Origin: Octopus bimaculoides
Lineage: Eukaryota
Assembly: GCF_001194135.2 (NCBI RefSeq)
Contig: NC_068986.1
Coordinates: forward strand, 26,429,308-26,493,307
Reading direction: 5' to 3'
Length of the DNA: 64,000 nt
A program made the position numbers and the translations under genes. This document shows positions 48,401 through 61,481 of the stretch, piece by piece; position 1 is the first letter of the stretch; each line of letters begins with the position of its first letter. Under the pieces are notes generated by a model. That model saw only the letters and a list, made by a program, of their open reading frames with translations, was not told the DNA's origin and did not search any database.

Positions 48401-51400
48401 CTGCCAAGCATTTCGCCCGGTGGGGTAACATTTCTGCCAGCTTACCGCCTTAAATATTTCTGCATAGGAAAATATCTCACATGCAAGGAGCACAATAAAA
48501 TGCATACAGCTCACACTATATGATGTGTTGGCTTGCTTCTCAGTTGCTGCATGTGCAAGATGATGCATACTATGTCAAGTATGAGACTCATCAGACCCAT
48601 ACCAGAATGGAAATCCAGATGTAAATTGGTGTGGTGATTATTGTATGTATGCTTTATAAACTATATAAATCAGACTGGAGCCTGGTGTTGCCATCCGGTT
48701 TCACCAGTCCTCAGTCAAATCGTCCAACCCATGCTAGCATGGAAAGCGGACGTTAAACGATGATGATGATGATGATGATGATAAATATCAAAATATAATA
48801 TCTTATCTTAATGATCTTTATTAATTAGAATTTTTTTTTTTTTTTTTATCTAGAAACATATTTAAATAAATTATGTTAAAGTTTTAATTGTGAAAATGAT
48901 TTCATGTGATATAAAAATTAAGTTTAAATCAACATATTGTAAGATCAAGGAAGATTGTTTAAATTCTATAATCAGCCTTTAGCAATAATTTAGTTAATTT
49001 TCTATATCTCTGTTATAAACTTAGATTTAAAGAAGTTGAACATGAACCATTGAATATTTATTTCCACTGTTTGAACTATAAATGTTTCATTGGGTTTTTT
49101 TTTTTGTTCTTCACTCAGTTCCTTCTATGATTCCTTTACCAAATGAAATGCCTCCTCTTGGTGCAATACCAGCTCCAAACCAGAAACAACCTGTAGGCAT
49201 TCTTAAAAAACCATCCTTGTTTGTGTAAGTATTGCTTTATGAGTTGTTTTTTTGCTTGTCTTGATTAGGCTTTTCAATACCACCCTACCCTGCTTATACT
49301 AAAGGATTCATATTTAAATTAAAATCTCAATTAATGTGAATGATATGGTGAAATTTCAGTTGGTCAACACCATCATAGTATATACAAGTACTAACCCTCC
49401 TCCAAAATCTTGAATATATCAAAATCATCATCATCATCATTATCATCGTTTAACGTTCGCTTTCCATGCTAGCATGGGTTGGACGCTTTGACTGAAGACT
49501 GGCGAACCAGACGGCTGCACCAGGCTCCAATCTGATCTGGCAGAGTTTCTACAGCTGGATGCCCTTCCTAACACCAACCACTCCGAGAGTGTAGTGGGTG
49601 TTTTTATGGGACCAGTCAGGCAGTACTGTCAACGGCCACGCTCAAATGGCGTTTTTTACATGCCACCTGCACAGGAGCCAGTCCAACAGCACTGGCAACG
49701 ACCTCACTCGAATGTTTTTTCACGTGCCACTGGCACAAGTGCCAGTAAAGCGACACTGGTAACAAATATTGGATTCATTTGCGGTTCGGGCATGGATAGG
49801 CACTGGCGTGGCTGTGTGGTGGTTAAGAAGCTTGCTTCCCAGCCACTTTGTCCTGAGTCCAGCTTCACTGCATGGCATCTTAGGTAAGTGTCCTCTACAA
49901 TAGCCCTGTGCTGACCAAGGCCTTGTGAGTGAATTTTGTAGACAGAAGCTGAGAGAAGCCCTCTGCATCATCATCATTGTCATCATTTAACATATACTTT
50001 TCCATGCTTGCATGGATCAGGCAGAATTTGTTGAGGTAGATTTCCTATGGCTGGCTGCCCTTCATTTGTTTCAAAACAAGCACTGTTTCTCATAGCCTGG
50101 TATAATTTTTTCATCCTTTTCCATTAAATTTATTAAATTACTTATTAAAGTCCTTTGTTACGGTTGTACCTAATGTAATGGAAGCAACTCATCATCATCC
50201 CCGAAGAGTTATGCCCCCATGATTTCCCCACAAAATGTAAACAATACAAATGATTGTATTTGTAACTTTTATGCTGATTTAAAATGTATGGATTTCACAA
50301 TTATCCTCTCCAGACAAGAAGCTTGAATTAACCCATTTATAGTTTGTTTTGCTTAATACTCACACATACACACATACACCTAGTCCACTTCCATATAGTC
50401 ATTAAACAAAGACTAGAAAATTTGGTACATTTTTAATTCCATGTTACACTTCATTACAGTATAGGAAATACATTATAAATATTAGTATTAATATTATAAA
50501 TATGATAAATTTATAATAAGAATATACATTTTGAGAATATGGAGAGGATCTCCTAACTGTAACTTCTCATTCATTTGATTATGAGAATATACATATGTGC
50601 TTCATGTGGACACAGCTTGGATTATAACTTGTTCTCTACATTTCAGCAGAACTTCTAGAGTGACTCAAGAACTGATTCTTTTACTTGCTTAAGTCATTTG
50701 ACTGCGACTATACTGGAGCACCACCTTAAGGGGTTTTAGTTGAACAAATCAACTCCAGGATTTAGTCTTTGTAAGCCTGGTACTTATTCTATCGGTCTCT
50801 TTTGCCAAACCACTAAATTACAGTGCTGTAAACACAGCAGCATCGGTTGTCAAGCGATAGTGGCAGGGACAAATACACAAATATATATATATGGAATTTG
50901 AACAGTGTCTAATGAGTTGGAACAAATACTGCCAGGCATTGTATCCAATGCAGCCATCCTGTATTTTTTCCTCTTTTTCTTAATATATATATATAGAGAG
51001 AGAGAGAGAGAGTCAGTTTTTACTATTAATGCATTTATTCTCTTAATGAATATAAACCTTTTTTTTTCTAGTCCTAAAACTGGTGATGGTAAAATCATTG
51101 ATATGAAACTGTACATAGAAAAATCACCTCCAGGACCTCCACCTGGCTCACCTCCTCCTCTTACTGACAGTGAAGATGAAGAGTATGATCCTGAAAAAGG
51201 TAAGACATTCTTATTACTATTTCTGCATATTATACATTTCCTTTTAATCTTTTCTTTCTTTTATTCATATACTCTTCAACCTTTACCCGAATCTCTTGAC
51301 CTTATTTTTTCATTAGTTAAAAATATCCCAATATTTTTTTATTTCTTTCAAGCTTTTAAGTCTTAACTGCTAAATTCTAGATTGTCTATTATATTATTAC

Positions 51401-52880
51401 TATCACTATATATTATCTCATATAAAAATTTTCATTAATTTTTTTCCTACTATAGCTCCAAACCAATGAATGAATTTGGTATCTGGGGACTAAAAGAGTC
51501 CCGTTGTATATAAATATCTGTGTGTGTTTGTGCTTCTTTTTCTTGACATTGCCGAATAGTTGCAAATGAATGTCACTAGCATACAAGCAATGTCTTTCAT
51601 TTCTACTTTTACCTGGGGAAACATGTCCTACCATAGAAAAATATTATTTTGCTTGGAAACAGGTGAAAGTTGGTGACAGAGTGGGTATCAAGCTGTAGAA
51701 AATCTGCCTCAATGAATTCAGTCTGACCAATGCAAGCAATGAAAATTAGGTGTTAAAACAATGGTTATGATGATGATGATGATGTAGTACCTTTTATTCA
51801 GTCAGTTCAACGTTCTTTCTGTATTGATACATTTTGGGACAGACAAAGGGATTAAGTCGATTACATCGACCTGAGTGCATAACTGGTACTTAATTTATTG
51901 ACCCCGAAAAAATGAAAGGCAAAGTCAACCTCGGCGGAATTTGAACTCAGAACATAACGGCAGACGAAATACCACTCAGCATTTTGCCCGGCGTGCTAAC
52001 GTTTCTGCCATCTCGCCACCTTTTGGGACTGTACCTCTTGCTATTCAGTGGCAGTGGAGCATGATGCAGTCCTGGGGCTCATTGGATTGTCAAACTGTCC
52101 AATCCATGTCAGCATAAAACATGGACATTAAATGGCAATGATAATTCTATCAGCTTATATAAAAGAAAATGGCTAAAAATTTCAGAAATAGTTTTGTTAC
52201 AGATCTCAATTCACATATTTAATTCTTATTGACAGCCATAACTTTCTTTAATGATACAAGATGAATATAACTGTAAATCTTAGGGTGTATACTGGGTGAT
52301 TCTGCTACCTGCAGGTGTAAAACCAAATCAGTAACTGCTCAGATTGGTGCAATATTTTTCTCTCGCTGCCCATTTTGACATTTGTGTTTCTTTCTGTTGT
52401 AGATATTCATGAAATCATTGGTAATGTAGAGGTTGAGGAACAAGCAGCTGAAGTTGTACAAAATGTTCCTGAGCCTGTTGGAGAACCACCTGCTGGTATG
52501 GTTTGCTACTTTTTTTTCGTTTTACTCATAACCCAATACACTCCTTATTTATTACAAAGTCTTAAGCCTTGTTTCTACTGCATCAATGAATGTGTTTGCA
52601 AGAAAGGAAATGTATTGTATCCTTAATCGAACTTTGACATTTTAATTTATTCTATTTCTTTCAACATTACAAATGTGTGTGTGTGTGTGTGTATTATATA
52701 CTCGCATGCATATGTGTGTGTATGTGTGCAGGCATGGCTGTATAGTTAAGAAGTTTGTTTTGCCATCGTGTGGAATCTTGGGCAAGTGACTTCTGTTACA
52801 GCCCTGAGCCAACCAAAGCCTTGCAAGTGGATTTGGTTGATGGAAACTGGAAAAAGCCTTTTGTAAATGCGTGTGTGTGC

Positions 52881-52931
<51 letters not shown>

Positions 52932-55900
52932 TAGATATGTACATTTATATGTGTTTGTGTGTACCTTTATCTAGACATCATGTGATGTTTGTAAGGAGCA
53001 TCACCATCATACTTGTGAAGTTATTCATTTCCAGTCTTCCATGAAAAATATGTCTAGTGATGTAGAAATTTGTTGGCAAGAAGGGCATCCAGATGTAGAA
53101 AATCTGCTTCGGAAATTCCGTCTGACCCACACATGGAAAAGTGGACATTAAATGATTGACAAATAACATTAAATTTATTGGTTGAAATATTTTAGATATC
53201 TCTCTCTAATTTTAATTTTTTTATTGTTTGTTTTTCAATTGTTTTAGCTAAAATTAGAAAAATCCGTTTTGCTGACGACAAGGCAAAGGCAGCGCCTGAG
53301 GAAACTGAAAAAGAGTTTAAGTATCAGTTTGCAAAGAAAATCCGTAAGAATGTCACACCTCTACAAGCGATGATGTTGCGTATGGCTGGACAACAGGCCC
53401 CTGATGTACAGGAAGAGGATGAAGACGAAGAGAAAGATGAAGAGAGTGACAGTAAAGACAGCAAGGAGAAAGAGAGTAAATCAAGAGAGCAGAACAGTTC
53501 TGATAGTGAAGAGGATGACTCTAAGGATGTCACTGAAGAGGATGAAAATACAAATGCTGAACAGAAAAATGTAACACTTCATTTTTTTTTCTCAACTTGC
53601 CTTTATATTTTATAAGATAATATACACTGACACTCCATTGCTTATGATGACAAGTATTCCAGTTGATCCAATCAATGGAATAGCCTACTCATGAAATTTA
53701 TGTGCAAGCATCATGGCTTATGAGGACTTTTTAGTTTTGTTGAGAGCAAGACAACTTCCATAATGCTAATGCATCAAAAATACACTTAATACACTCTGTA
53801 AAGTAGTTGGTGTTAGGAAAGGCCATAAAAAGACCCTTACCAAGACTGAAACACTAGAGCAATACATGGTCTTCCAATCTGACTGATACAGTCAAACTGT
53901 CCACTTCATGCCAGCATGGAAAGTGGATGTGAAATGATAATGATACACACACACACACACACACACACTATTTTACTTCCTATTTTTCCTACTGGCATGG
54001 ATTGCACAACATGTATATGCATATGTTTATTAAAAGTAGTTGTTTTCATGTATAGTTATATATAAAAACAATCAAACATTAATAAATTGGTCACTCAATA
54101 CATTTAAGGTTAACAGTGACTTGGAATTTTAGCTCTGTTGTCTTTCGACTTGACTGTCTGACAAAGGCAACTGAGTCAAAATTAAGATTGCACCCTTTCC
54201 TGATCAATGAGCTTAATGTGTCCATTTATACTTTACTTAGTGTTGACATGTGTGAAGGCACGTGACTTAGTGGTTAGGGTGTTCAGCTCACAATTACAAG
54301 GTCATGAATTCGATCTCCAGTGGCGTGTTGTATCTTTGAGCAAGATATTCTATTTTGCATTGCTTCTGTCCACTCTGCTGCCAAAAATGAGTATGTACTC
54401 CTGTATTTCAAAGGGCCAGCCTTGTCACACCCTACATCATGTTGAACCTCCCCGAGAACTACTTCAAGGGTATGTGTGTCTGTGGAGTGCTCAGCCACTT
54501 GCATGTTAACCCATTACCTACTAGGGATCACTCATATGAGATCACTTAAAAATGACAAATTTCGTAATTATCTGTCAATATTTACACATATCTAACCTTT
54601 TTGCTATATCTACTAGGTATATTTCTCTGATATTCAAATGAGGTTTGCTAATTTTTCACCCAATATCTTGCTTATTTCTATTTTAAATGTTATTTTGATC
54701 ATTCCAGTGTGTTTCTAAGGCTGTTTTATGCTAGAAATCAATGTTTCATAAAAAAATTCCAGTTGATAGAATTGTGGGAGGTAATGGAGCTAATGTTATG
54801 ATCAAGCTGTCTGGTTGATCAAATCAAATGGAACACTCATTGTCATAACCAATGGAGTGCCATAGAGAGTGTAGACATAAAGGTTACTTGTTTGACTTTT
54901 TATTATTGACAGTGTAAATTCATTTTTGGTTTTATAGTAAACATAGGGTGTTTTCACTTTCTAGCTCTCAGATGAAGAAGACAATGCTAAGCAGAATTCC
55001 GATACAGGCACTCAAGATAATAAATCTGGACCAATTATGTCGATGGCACCTGTAGTACCAACAGCAACAGACATCCCTTCACATCCTAATAAGCTGATTC
55101 CTCCAGGTCCACCTCCAGGACTACCTCCTGGAGGACCACCAGGGGTTCCACCAGGGGTTCCACCAGGGGTTCCACCAGGTCAGTAAAACTTTTTATTTCT
55201 GAAAAGGACAAAAACAGAAGAAGGGGATGGTGGGAGCCAGAGTTTGGGAAGGACAGAGATAGGGGTTAGTACATTGTGTTGAAAGTGGGGTAGATGTTGA
55301 GAACAGTGCATTATATTGGTGGGAGTCAGAAATTAGGAGACATTGTGTTATTTTAGGAAGGTCAAAGGAATGGTAACAGTGCATTATGTTGGGCAGAGCA
55401 GGCAGAAGTTCAGTGACAGTGCATTCTGTTGGGGAGGACATTAAGTTGTTGGGGTAACATAAGTAAAAGTAAAGGCTACCTTTTCAAGTCATGTCGACTT
55501 CTAAGGGCTTATCTGGATGGGATGCTGGTCTGACACAAGATTACTAATTTTTGCCAGCTGAGTGGACTGAAACACCATGAAATGAACTGTTTTGCTCAAG
55601 AACACAACATGTTGCCTGGCCCAGGAATCGAAACCATGATCATATGATCATGAATCCAACACCTTAACCAGTAAGCTATGTACCTCCACTAACATAAGTA
55701 AGGGATAGTGCATTATGTTAGGAGAGGAGAGCAAAGGTTCAGGAAGAGTGCATTATGTCAAGGAGAAAAAGAGATTGGGAGACAATGCTTTATGGCAGAG
55801 AGGTAAGTTGAAGTGGAACAGTACTATATCATTTATTTGGCTGATGAACCATTCTGTTTCTAAAAGAAGGAGTTCTTTTATTTATTAAAGACACAATATT

Positions 55901-57656
55901 TCAGTAGTTTATCTCCATACAAATGGATTTCATTATTTGAATTAATTTTACTTTTTACTTTGTCAGGTGTTTGTGAATGTATTTATTTTGTTAATTCTTT
56001 TTCTTTTTAGGTCCACCACCTGGAGCACCAGTATTTATGAGACCTCCACCTCTGCGGCCTCCAGCTGGCACTATGCCGCGTCTCTTACCACCAGGTCCAC
56101 CACCAGGAAGACCTGCTGGTTTACCTCCTGGTCCACCACCTGGCCTACCACCTAATCTGCGTGGTTTACCTCCCAGATTGCCCCAAGGACCACCTGGTGA
56201 GTGAATTTTCTGTTGTTTTTTGTAAATTTTTTTCTCCTTTTAATGAATCTCTCTGAGAACTGCTTTAAGGGTACGTGTGTCTGTGGAGTGCTCAGCCACT
56301 TGCACTTTAATTTCATGAACTGGCTGTTCCATTGATCAGATCTAGGACACTCATTCTAACCAGTAGAATGCTAGAAAAATGTAGAGACATCATTTTTGTA
56401 TTTGATAATAGTAAAAGTTAATCATTTCACCAACCTCAGGTCTAATACCTTGACAGTTTTTACAGCATTATTGTTTGGGGATATAAATCTTCCTGAGTTG
56501 AGAGTGTCAGCGTATCACACCAAATTTTCTCTGAGGGCTCTGGTAGTTACCCCTTTTTAGTCAGAGGTTTAACATGTTGCCCTGTTTCATGCCACCCAGT
56601 ACTTTACACAAAGTACTCTAGTACTTCCCATGAAGTTTTTTTTCTGTTACTAACATTAGGACTTTTCCTACTGTTTACCCCTGCAGACTTGCAAACATGC
56701 CAAATGAATTGAGCCACAGCACCTGTGGTGTCAATGTTAGAGGAGAGAGAAGGGTGAGACCCAAAAGGAAATGATGGCCTTACACCATTATGTTACCATC
56801 TTGCTCCCATCTTGCTCAAATACATAGATGTAAGGTTCAATTTTTCAGCAAGGAAAACATTACACTTTCTTTCGTTTTCCTTCCCCTTCTCTCTCTCTTT
56901 CTTTTTTCTTCTTTGTATTATATACTAATGTGCATAAAAAACTGCATAAAAAATTTTGGGGTTTTGATTCTGTTTTCTGTATTTTCAGGTGTTGTTCCAC
57001 CCCGACTCATACGACCTCCTGGAGCATTACCAAGCATCCCACCTCCTGGCCTGCCTCCTCCGCCTGGTGTGACTGGGCTCGGTCCACTAAATGCCAGTGT
57101 GTTGAGTGCCCCTCCAAGCATTGTGAAACCTCCATTAAAATCCAGTGAGGACAATGTGAAATCTGGCAGCAGTGCCACTATTGAAGCCAAGCCCCAGATC
57201 AAGAACCTCCTGGCTGATGTGACACGATTCACTCCAACAGCTCTAAAAGTAAAGAGGGGTATTCGTGATGCTAGAGGTCGTGTAAAGATAATCAGTAAGT
57301 ATTGTTGCTTCATGTCTTTATTTCTGCTTTTCCTGTTTGCTGTTTTATTTTCATGTCTCTATGCTTGCATGGATAGGTTGGTTTTTACGGCTGAATGACC
57401 TTCATGTTGCTAACCACTCTACTTTGAGGTAGAAGTAATGCATTTTTTTTTTTTTTTTTTTTTGTTAATCCAACAAACAGGAGTACGCAAAGTTATGTTC
57501 GTTGGCAAATATGGTCAATGCTATGCTTCACTGATGCTGTCATAATAAGTTTCAGACAAACTGAAAATAACTGACACCCCCTTTCCAGCTATACCAGCAT
57601 GGAAAGCTAACAAAATAACAGTGATGACGATGATGATGATGAGATATATTAGATAT

Positions 57657-57716
<60 letters not shown>

Positions 57717-58380
57717 GTTTAACGTCTGCTTTCCATGCTAGCATGGGTTGGACGACTTGACTGAGGACTGGTGAAACCGGATGGCAACACCAGGCTCCAT
57801 GTATATAATTTTAATGTCTGGAGGTGCAATGGCCCAGTGGTTAGGGCAGCGGACTCGCAGTCATAGGATCGCGGTTTCGATTCCCAGACAGGGCATTGTG
57901 AGTGTTTATTGAGTGAAAACACCCAAAGTTTCTGTTGTGCCTGTAATTCAAAGGGTCAGCCTTGTCACACTGTGTCACGTTGAATATCCCCGAGAACTAC
58001 GTTAAGGGTACACGTGTTTGTGGAGTGCTCAGCCACTTACACGTTAATTTCACGAGCAGGCTGTTCCGTTGATCGGATCAACTGGAACCCTCGACGGAGT
58101 GCCAACAACAAATTTTAATGTCTACTTTTCCATGTTTGGATGAGAGAGAGAGAAAGAGAGAGTAGGGGATGATTAAATAAGTGTACATGTGTGTTTGTGT
58201 TCACATTAACATATATTCACATGACAACTATTTTTGTTTTTAGATCCTAATCTGACAGCAAAGGAAGAAGAAAAGAGACCTTCCGGAATGCAGAATAAAC
58301 CCACACCCACAGTGACACAGACGAAAACTAAGGATGATGTTTATGAAGAGTTTATGAAAGAAATGAAAAACCTTTTGTAA
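39440..58380 (+). CDS. WBP11: WW domain-binding protein 11 (SIPP1/NpwBP), 14 coding exons, 1941 nt, 646 aa
   Basis: Exons: 39440-39503, 42505-42536, 42793-42886, 44480-44577, 46111-46198, 47672-47743, 49119-49224, 51072-51199, 52403-52495, 53248-53570, 54965-55178, 56011-56196, 56989-57294, 58244-58380; all GT-AG and phase-consistent. N-terminus MGRRSINTTKSGKYMNPTDQARKEARKRELKKNKKQR, LNEKVLKDKRKKL, KIRF PP1-docking motif, TPLQAMMLRMAGQ, PPG-rich region, VTRFTPTALKV, C-terminus TKDDVYEEFMKEMKNLL*. Confidence 0.97.
40189..40575 (-). mobile_element. Full-length tRNA-derived SINE (copy A of inverted pair)
   Basis: Reverse strand reads GGCTGTGTGGTAAGTAGCTTGCTTACCAACCAC..GGTTCAGTCC..(TA/TG)n..GCAGTCAAATGACTGAAACAAGTAAAAG. 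Confidence 0.8.
40751..41130 (+). mobile_element. Full-length tRNA-derived SINE (copy B of inverted pair)
   Basis: Same family, about 90% identical to copy A by eye, opposite orientation, 175-bp spacer. Confidence 0.8.
43169..43408. mobile_element. piggyBac-type MITE
   Basis: TTAA|CCCTTTAACAGCAA ... TTGCTGTAAAAGGG|TTAA (13/14 TIR match). Confidence 0.75.
55467..55689 (-). mobile_element. tRNA-SINE with 12-bp target-site duplication
   Basis: TAACATAAGTAA at 55455-66 and 55690-701 flanks a reversed SINE (…CCAGGAATCGAAACC…). Confidence 0.65.
57819..58105 (+). mobile_element. tRNA-derived SINE with intact A/B boxes
   Basis: TGGCCCAGTGG (A box) and GTTTCGATTCC (B box) followed by non-tRNA body; degraded copies at about 54255-54510, 56270-56350 and 62400-62580. 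Confidence 0.7.
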
Positions 58381-58524
58381 TTACACTTCTCCTGTTGAGA
58401 ACTGTGTTTGCTTGGGTATCGTTGGCAAGATTACAGCCTCTGTGTCTTACCTTGGGTGGCTTGCCTTATATCCAACACTTGTCATGTACATTTTCATTAT
58501 TAGCAACCTAAGCAACACATCTTT

Positions 58525-58530
58525 ATTAAA
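58525..58530 (+). terminator. Candidate WBP11 polyadenylation signal ATTAAA
   Basis: First hexamer 145 nt after the stop codon; AATAAA alternatives at about 58625 and 58655. Confidence 0.4.
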
Positions 58531-58539
58531 ACACTAATT

Positions 58540-58581
<42 letters not shown>

Positions 58582-58824
58582 CATGGGCTCACAAGTTCAA
58601 AAGAAGCTGTGCCTGGCCACTTAGAATAAAAGGCTCAAAGACAAGTCTGAGAGTGAATAAAACATATATTGAATCCATAATCATAAATCCAACTAAATGC
58701 ATATTGTTTTGCTTATGGCTTTGCAAGAACAATTCCCAAACAATATATTTTGTTGGACTAATGATTGTGGATTAAATATCTTTTATATATATATATATGT
58801 ATATATGTGTGTGTGTGTATATAT

Positions 58825-58855
<31 letters not shown>

Positions 58856-59846
58856 GCTTAGTTTGTACAGAACTCCTTTCTTGAACTGATTTTATGATTA
58901 CAGTACATCTGCCTCCCTTTCAATTCCTCCTCTTCCTCTATATTTTGTGATCTCGAGTGCATTGTTGGTCTAAAGAAACTACAATCTCTCTATATTAGGC
59001 CCAGCTTCACAAAGACAAAGCTTCTTAATTTCTTGTGGCTTTGTTCCCCAGAAATCCGCACACACACACATGTTCTGTTATACAGAAACAAGTAATGGAG
59101 AGGATGTTAATTTTGAGGAGGTTTTATTATTTTTTTTTTTCAAATATTTTTGTTATATTGATAAAAAAGAAGAAAAAATAAATATGTATAAATTATTGAT
59201 GCTTCGTTGTCTTGTATTTTTGTTTGTTTTATTCTTTTCTTTTATTTGTTTCAGTCATGCTGGGTCAGCACCACCTGGTGGGTTTTTGTAGATTACCTTT
59301 CCCCTCTGACCTACTCACATGACCTCCCCTATGCCTCTATTTCCTTCAGTGACTTTCACAGAATTCCTCCCCCACCTTGGTCTATTTCTCCCTTCCTGTT
59401 CCTTTTCCCTCACACCTTATGTTTACACATACCCCTTATTATGTTGGACAGCCCTAGATCTTCTTACAAAACCAACCCTATAGCTTTTTCGAACTTTATC
59501 CCTCCCTTTTTCTCAACCCTATCACTAATCTCTTTCCTCTCCCTTGTTCCCTGTAATTTTCCCCCATCTTCTCTTACTTACCATTCCCTCATCCCTCAGC
59601 CTAGGATCATTACCCACTTTCTCTTCTGGTCTGACTTTCCAAGTTACAACGTGATCATCACTAGTACTGGTGCCATGAGAAAAGCACTCTGTACATTCTG
59701 TAAAGTGGTTGGCATTAGGAAGGCATTCAGCCATTGAAACCATACCAAAAATAGACATTAGATTGTGTTAAAGTATCCAACCCATAACAACGTGGAATAT
59801 GGATGTTCAATAATGACAATGATGTATGTATATACACATGCATGTA

Positions 59847-60680
59847 CAAGGTCTGATCAATAAGCATCTGGACTGGTGCTCTAAAGACAACTGTAACACG
59901 TACCAAAGTAGTCCCCGTCGGAAGCCACACACTTAACCTACTGCTGTTTCCATTGATGGAAGCATTCCTGGAACTCATTTTTTGGGACAATCAGCAGCTG
60001 CCTCGTTGCATTCACTTTGAATTCTTTGACGTCCTGAAATCTTCCCTTCAAGCGGAATTTGATTTTTATAAAGAGGCAAAAGCTGCAAGGGTTGAAATCT
60101 TTGGAATACGGTGACAGTCAGACTTGGGGAATGCTGCACCTTGCCAAAAGCTGCTGCATAAGCTGTGCTGAATGGGCAGATGCATTGTCAGCCGAAAGCA
60201 GTTTTGGCATGCGTCTCATACCCAAATCGTCAGTGATAACGGACTGAACTGAACCGTAATTAATCAGCACATCCTCTGATAACTCACGGATGATGATCTG
60301 ACAATTTCCTCTCACATATGCACACACATCTGCAATGTTTTTCTCAGTTCTGTTGGTTGCAAGTCTCCCAGAATGTTCATCACTCTCGACATTTTTTTGG
60401 CTCATACACTCCTCTTTATACACCTTCTGTAACTTTGCGTAGGCCTCTGAGCAGGTGTTGCCAAGCTTTTGGCAAAATTTGATGCAGATTCATGGTCAGT
60501 GTGATGATCACATGCTACACACGTTTCTTCCAAGCATTACTGTAAACAACAGGTGAGCTAGAACATTAAAACTTAGTGCAAATGCACAGCAATCATGTTT
60601 GTATGATGGCTGCAACTTGCTTTAAAGCAAGACCATCACTTGATTGTTCTCTTAAATATGAGCAGCTTTTCAGTCTTATT
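59847..60680 (-). mobile_element. Internally deleted mariner transposon relic
   Basis: TA|CAAGGTCTGATCAATAAG terminus; minus-strand translation ESDEHSGRLAT..IRELSEDVLINYGSVQSVITDDLGMRRMPKLLS|ADNASAHSA joins the HTH region directly to the DNA(xx)H catalytic block. Confidence 0.75.
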
Positions 60681-61109
60681 AGGAACCTTTAACTCTTGCA
60701 AAGATGTGGCAATGATGGGTGCCTCTTAAAGTAGGTGTTCAGAGAGAGAGAGTTTACCACTCATACTGACATATGCCTTTATTCCATTATCTAATTCTTC
60801 AGTGAATGTTTTGCCTGTCTACTGCCTGCCATAGCTTGCAGCACATAATAGAGATGTTAAAACAATCAAGTGAGACGCTGAGTTTGATGTTTACTGGGAT
60901 TGAACATGAAACAATGTGGTTGCAGAGCAAACTTCTTAATCACACAGCCATATCTGTCTGCTGGATTTTCTTTTTCTTTCATATTTGTTTTTCTACTAGA
61001 TTTTCTTTTTTTGTTTTCCTATTTGTTTTTTTTTTTTCCAAGCAGTAATAATTTATTGGCCTTTAGGGGGAAAAGAGAAACCTCAACAAAATGTTAGACA
61101 CTATTAGAA

Positions 61110-61481
61110 CAGTGTTTCTCAACCATTTTTTTGTTTTATCTATGGACCCCTTTCATTTCTATTTTACTCCAGTGTAGGGAGTAGTCATTTGATGTTTACA
61201 AAATCCTATTATATTTTTATGATTAAATATTATTAGGAATTGTATAAAATGTTCTTTTAGTATTTTGGATATTGTAGATGTATAACCAGTTCATTCTTTT
61301 ATCTCTTACTTGTTTCAGTCATTAGACTGTGACCATGCTGGGGCACCACCTTGAACTTTCTTTTAAGCCTGGTACTTATCCTATCAGTTACTTTTTGTTG
61401 AATCACTAAGTTACAGGGACATAAACCCACTAACATCGGTTGTCAAACTGGTGGAAGGCAGACCCCGGTTGAGAACCACTG
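61110..61481. mobile_element. hAT-type MITE with nested SINE fragment
   Basis: CAGTGTTTCTCAACC ... GGTTGAGAACCACTG TIRs; flanks TATTAGAA/TAGTAGGA (6/8). Confidence 0.7.

Noticed and set aside
54965-54971. Second AG (ctctcAG) 7 nt inside WBP11 exon 11
   Set aside because: Using it breaks the frame set by the phase-0 donor at 53570; no sign that it is functional.
50905-57398. Track ORFs 50905-51366, 52375-52626, 53370-53615 and 56790-57398 as independent genes
   Set aside because: Each is a WBP11 exon read through into flanking intron.
57819-57895. tRNA-like sequence with A and B boxes
   Set aside because: No closed acceptor stem, and it continues into a SINE body present in several degraded copies; not a tRNA gene.
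59240-59650. 176-aa F/S/P/L-rich ORF (59207-59737)
   Set aside because: Arises from a pyrimidine-rich low-complexity tract; no domain, splice or start support.
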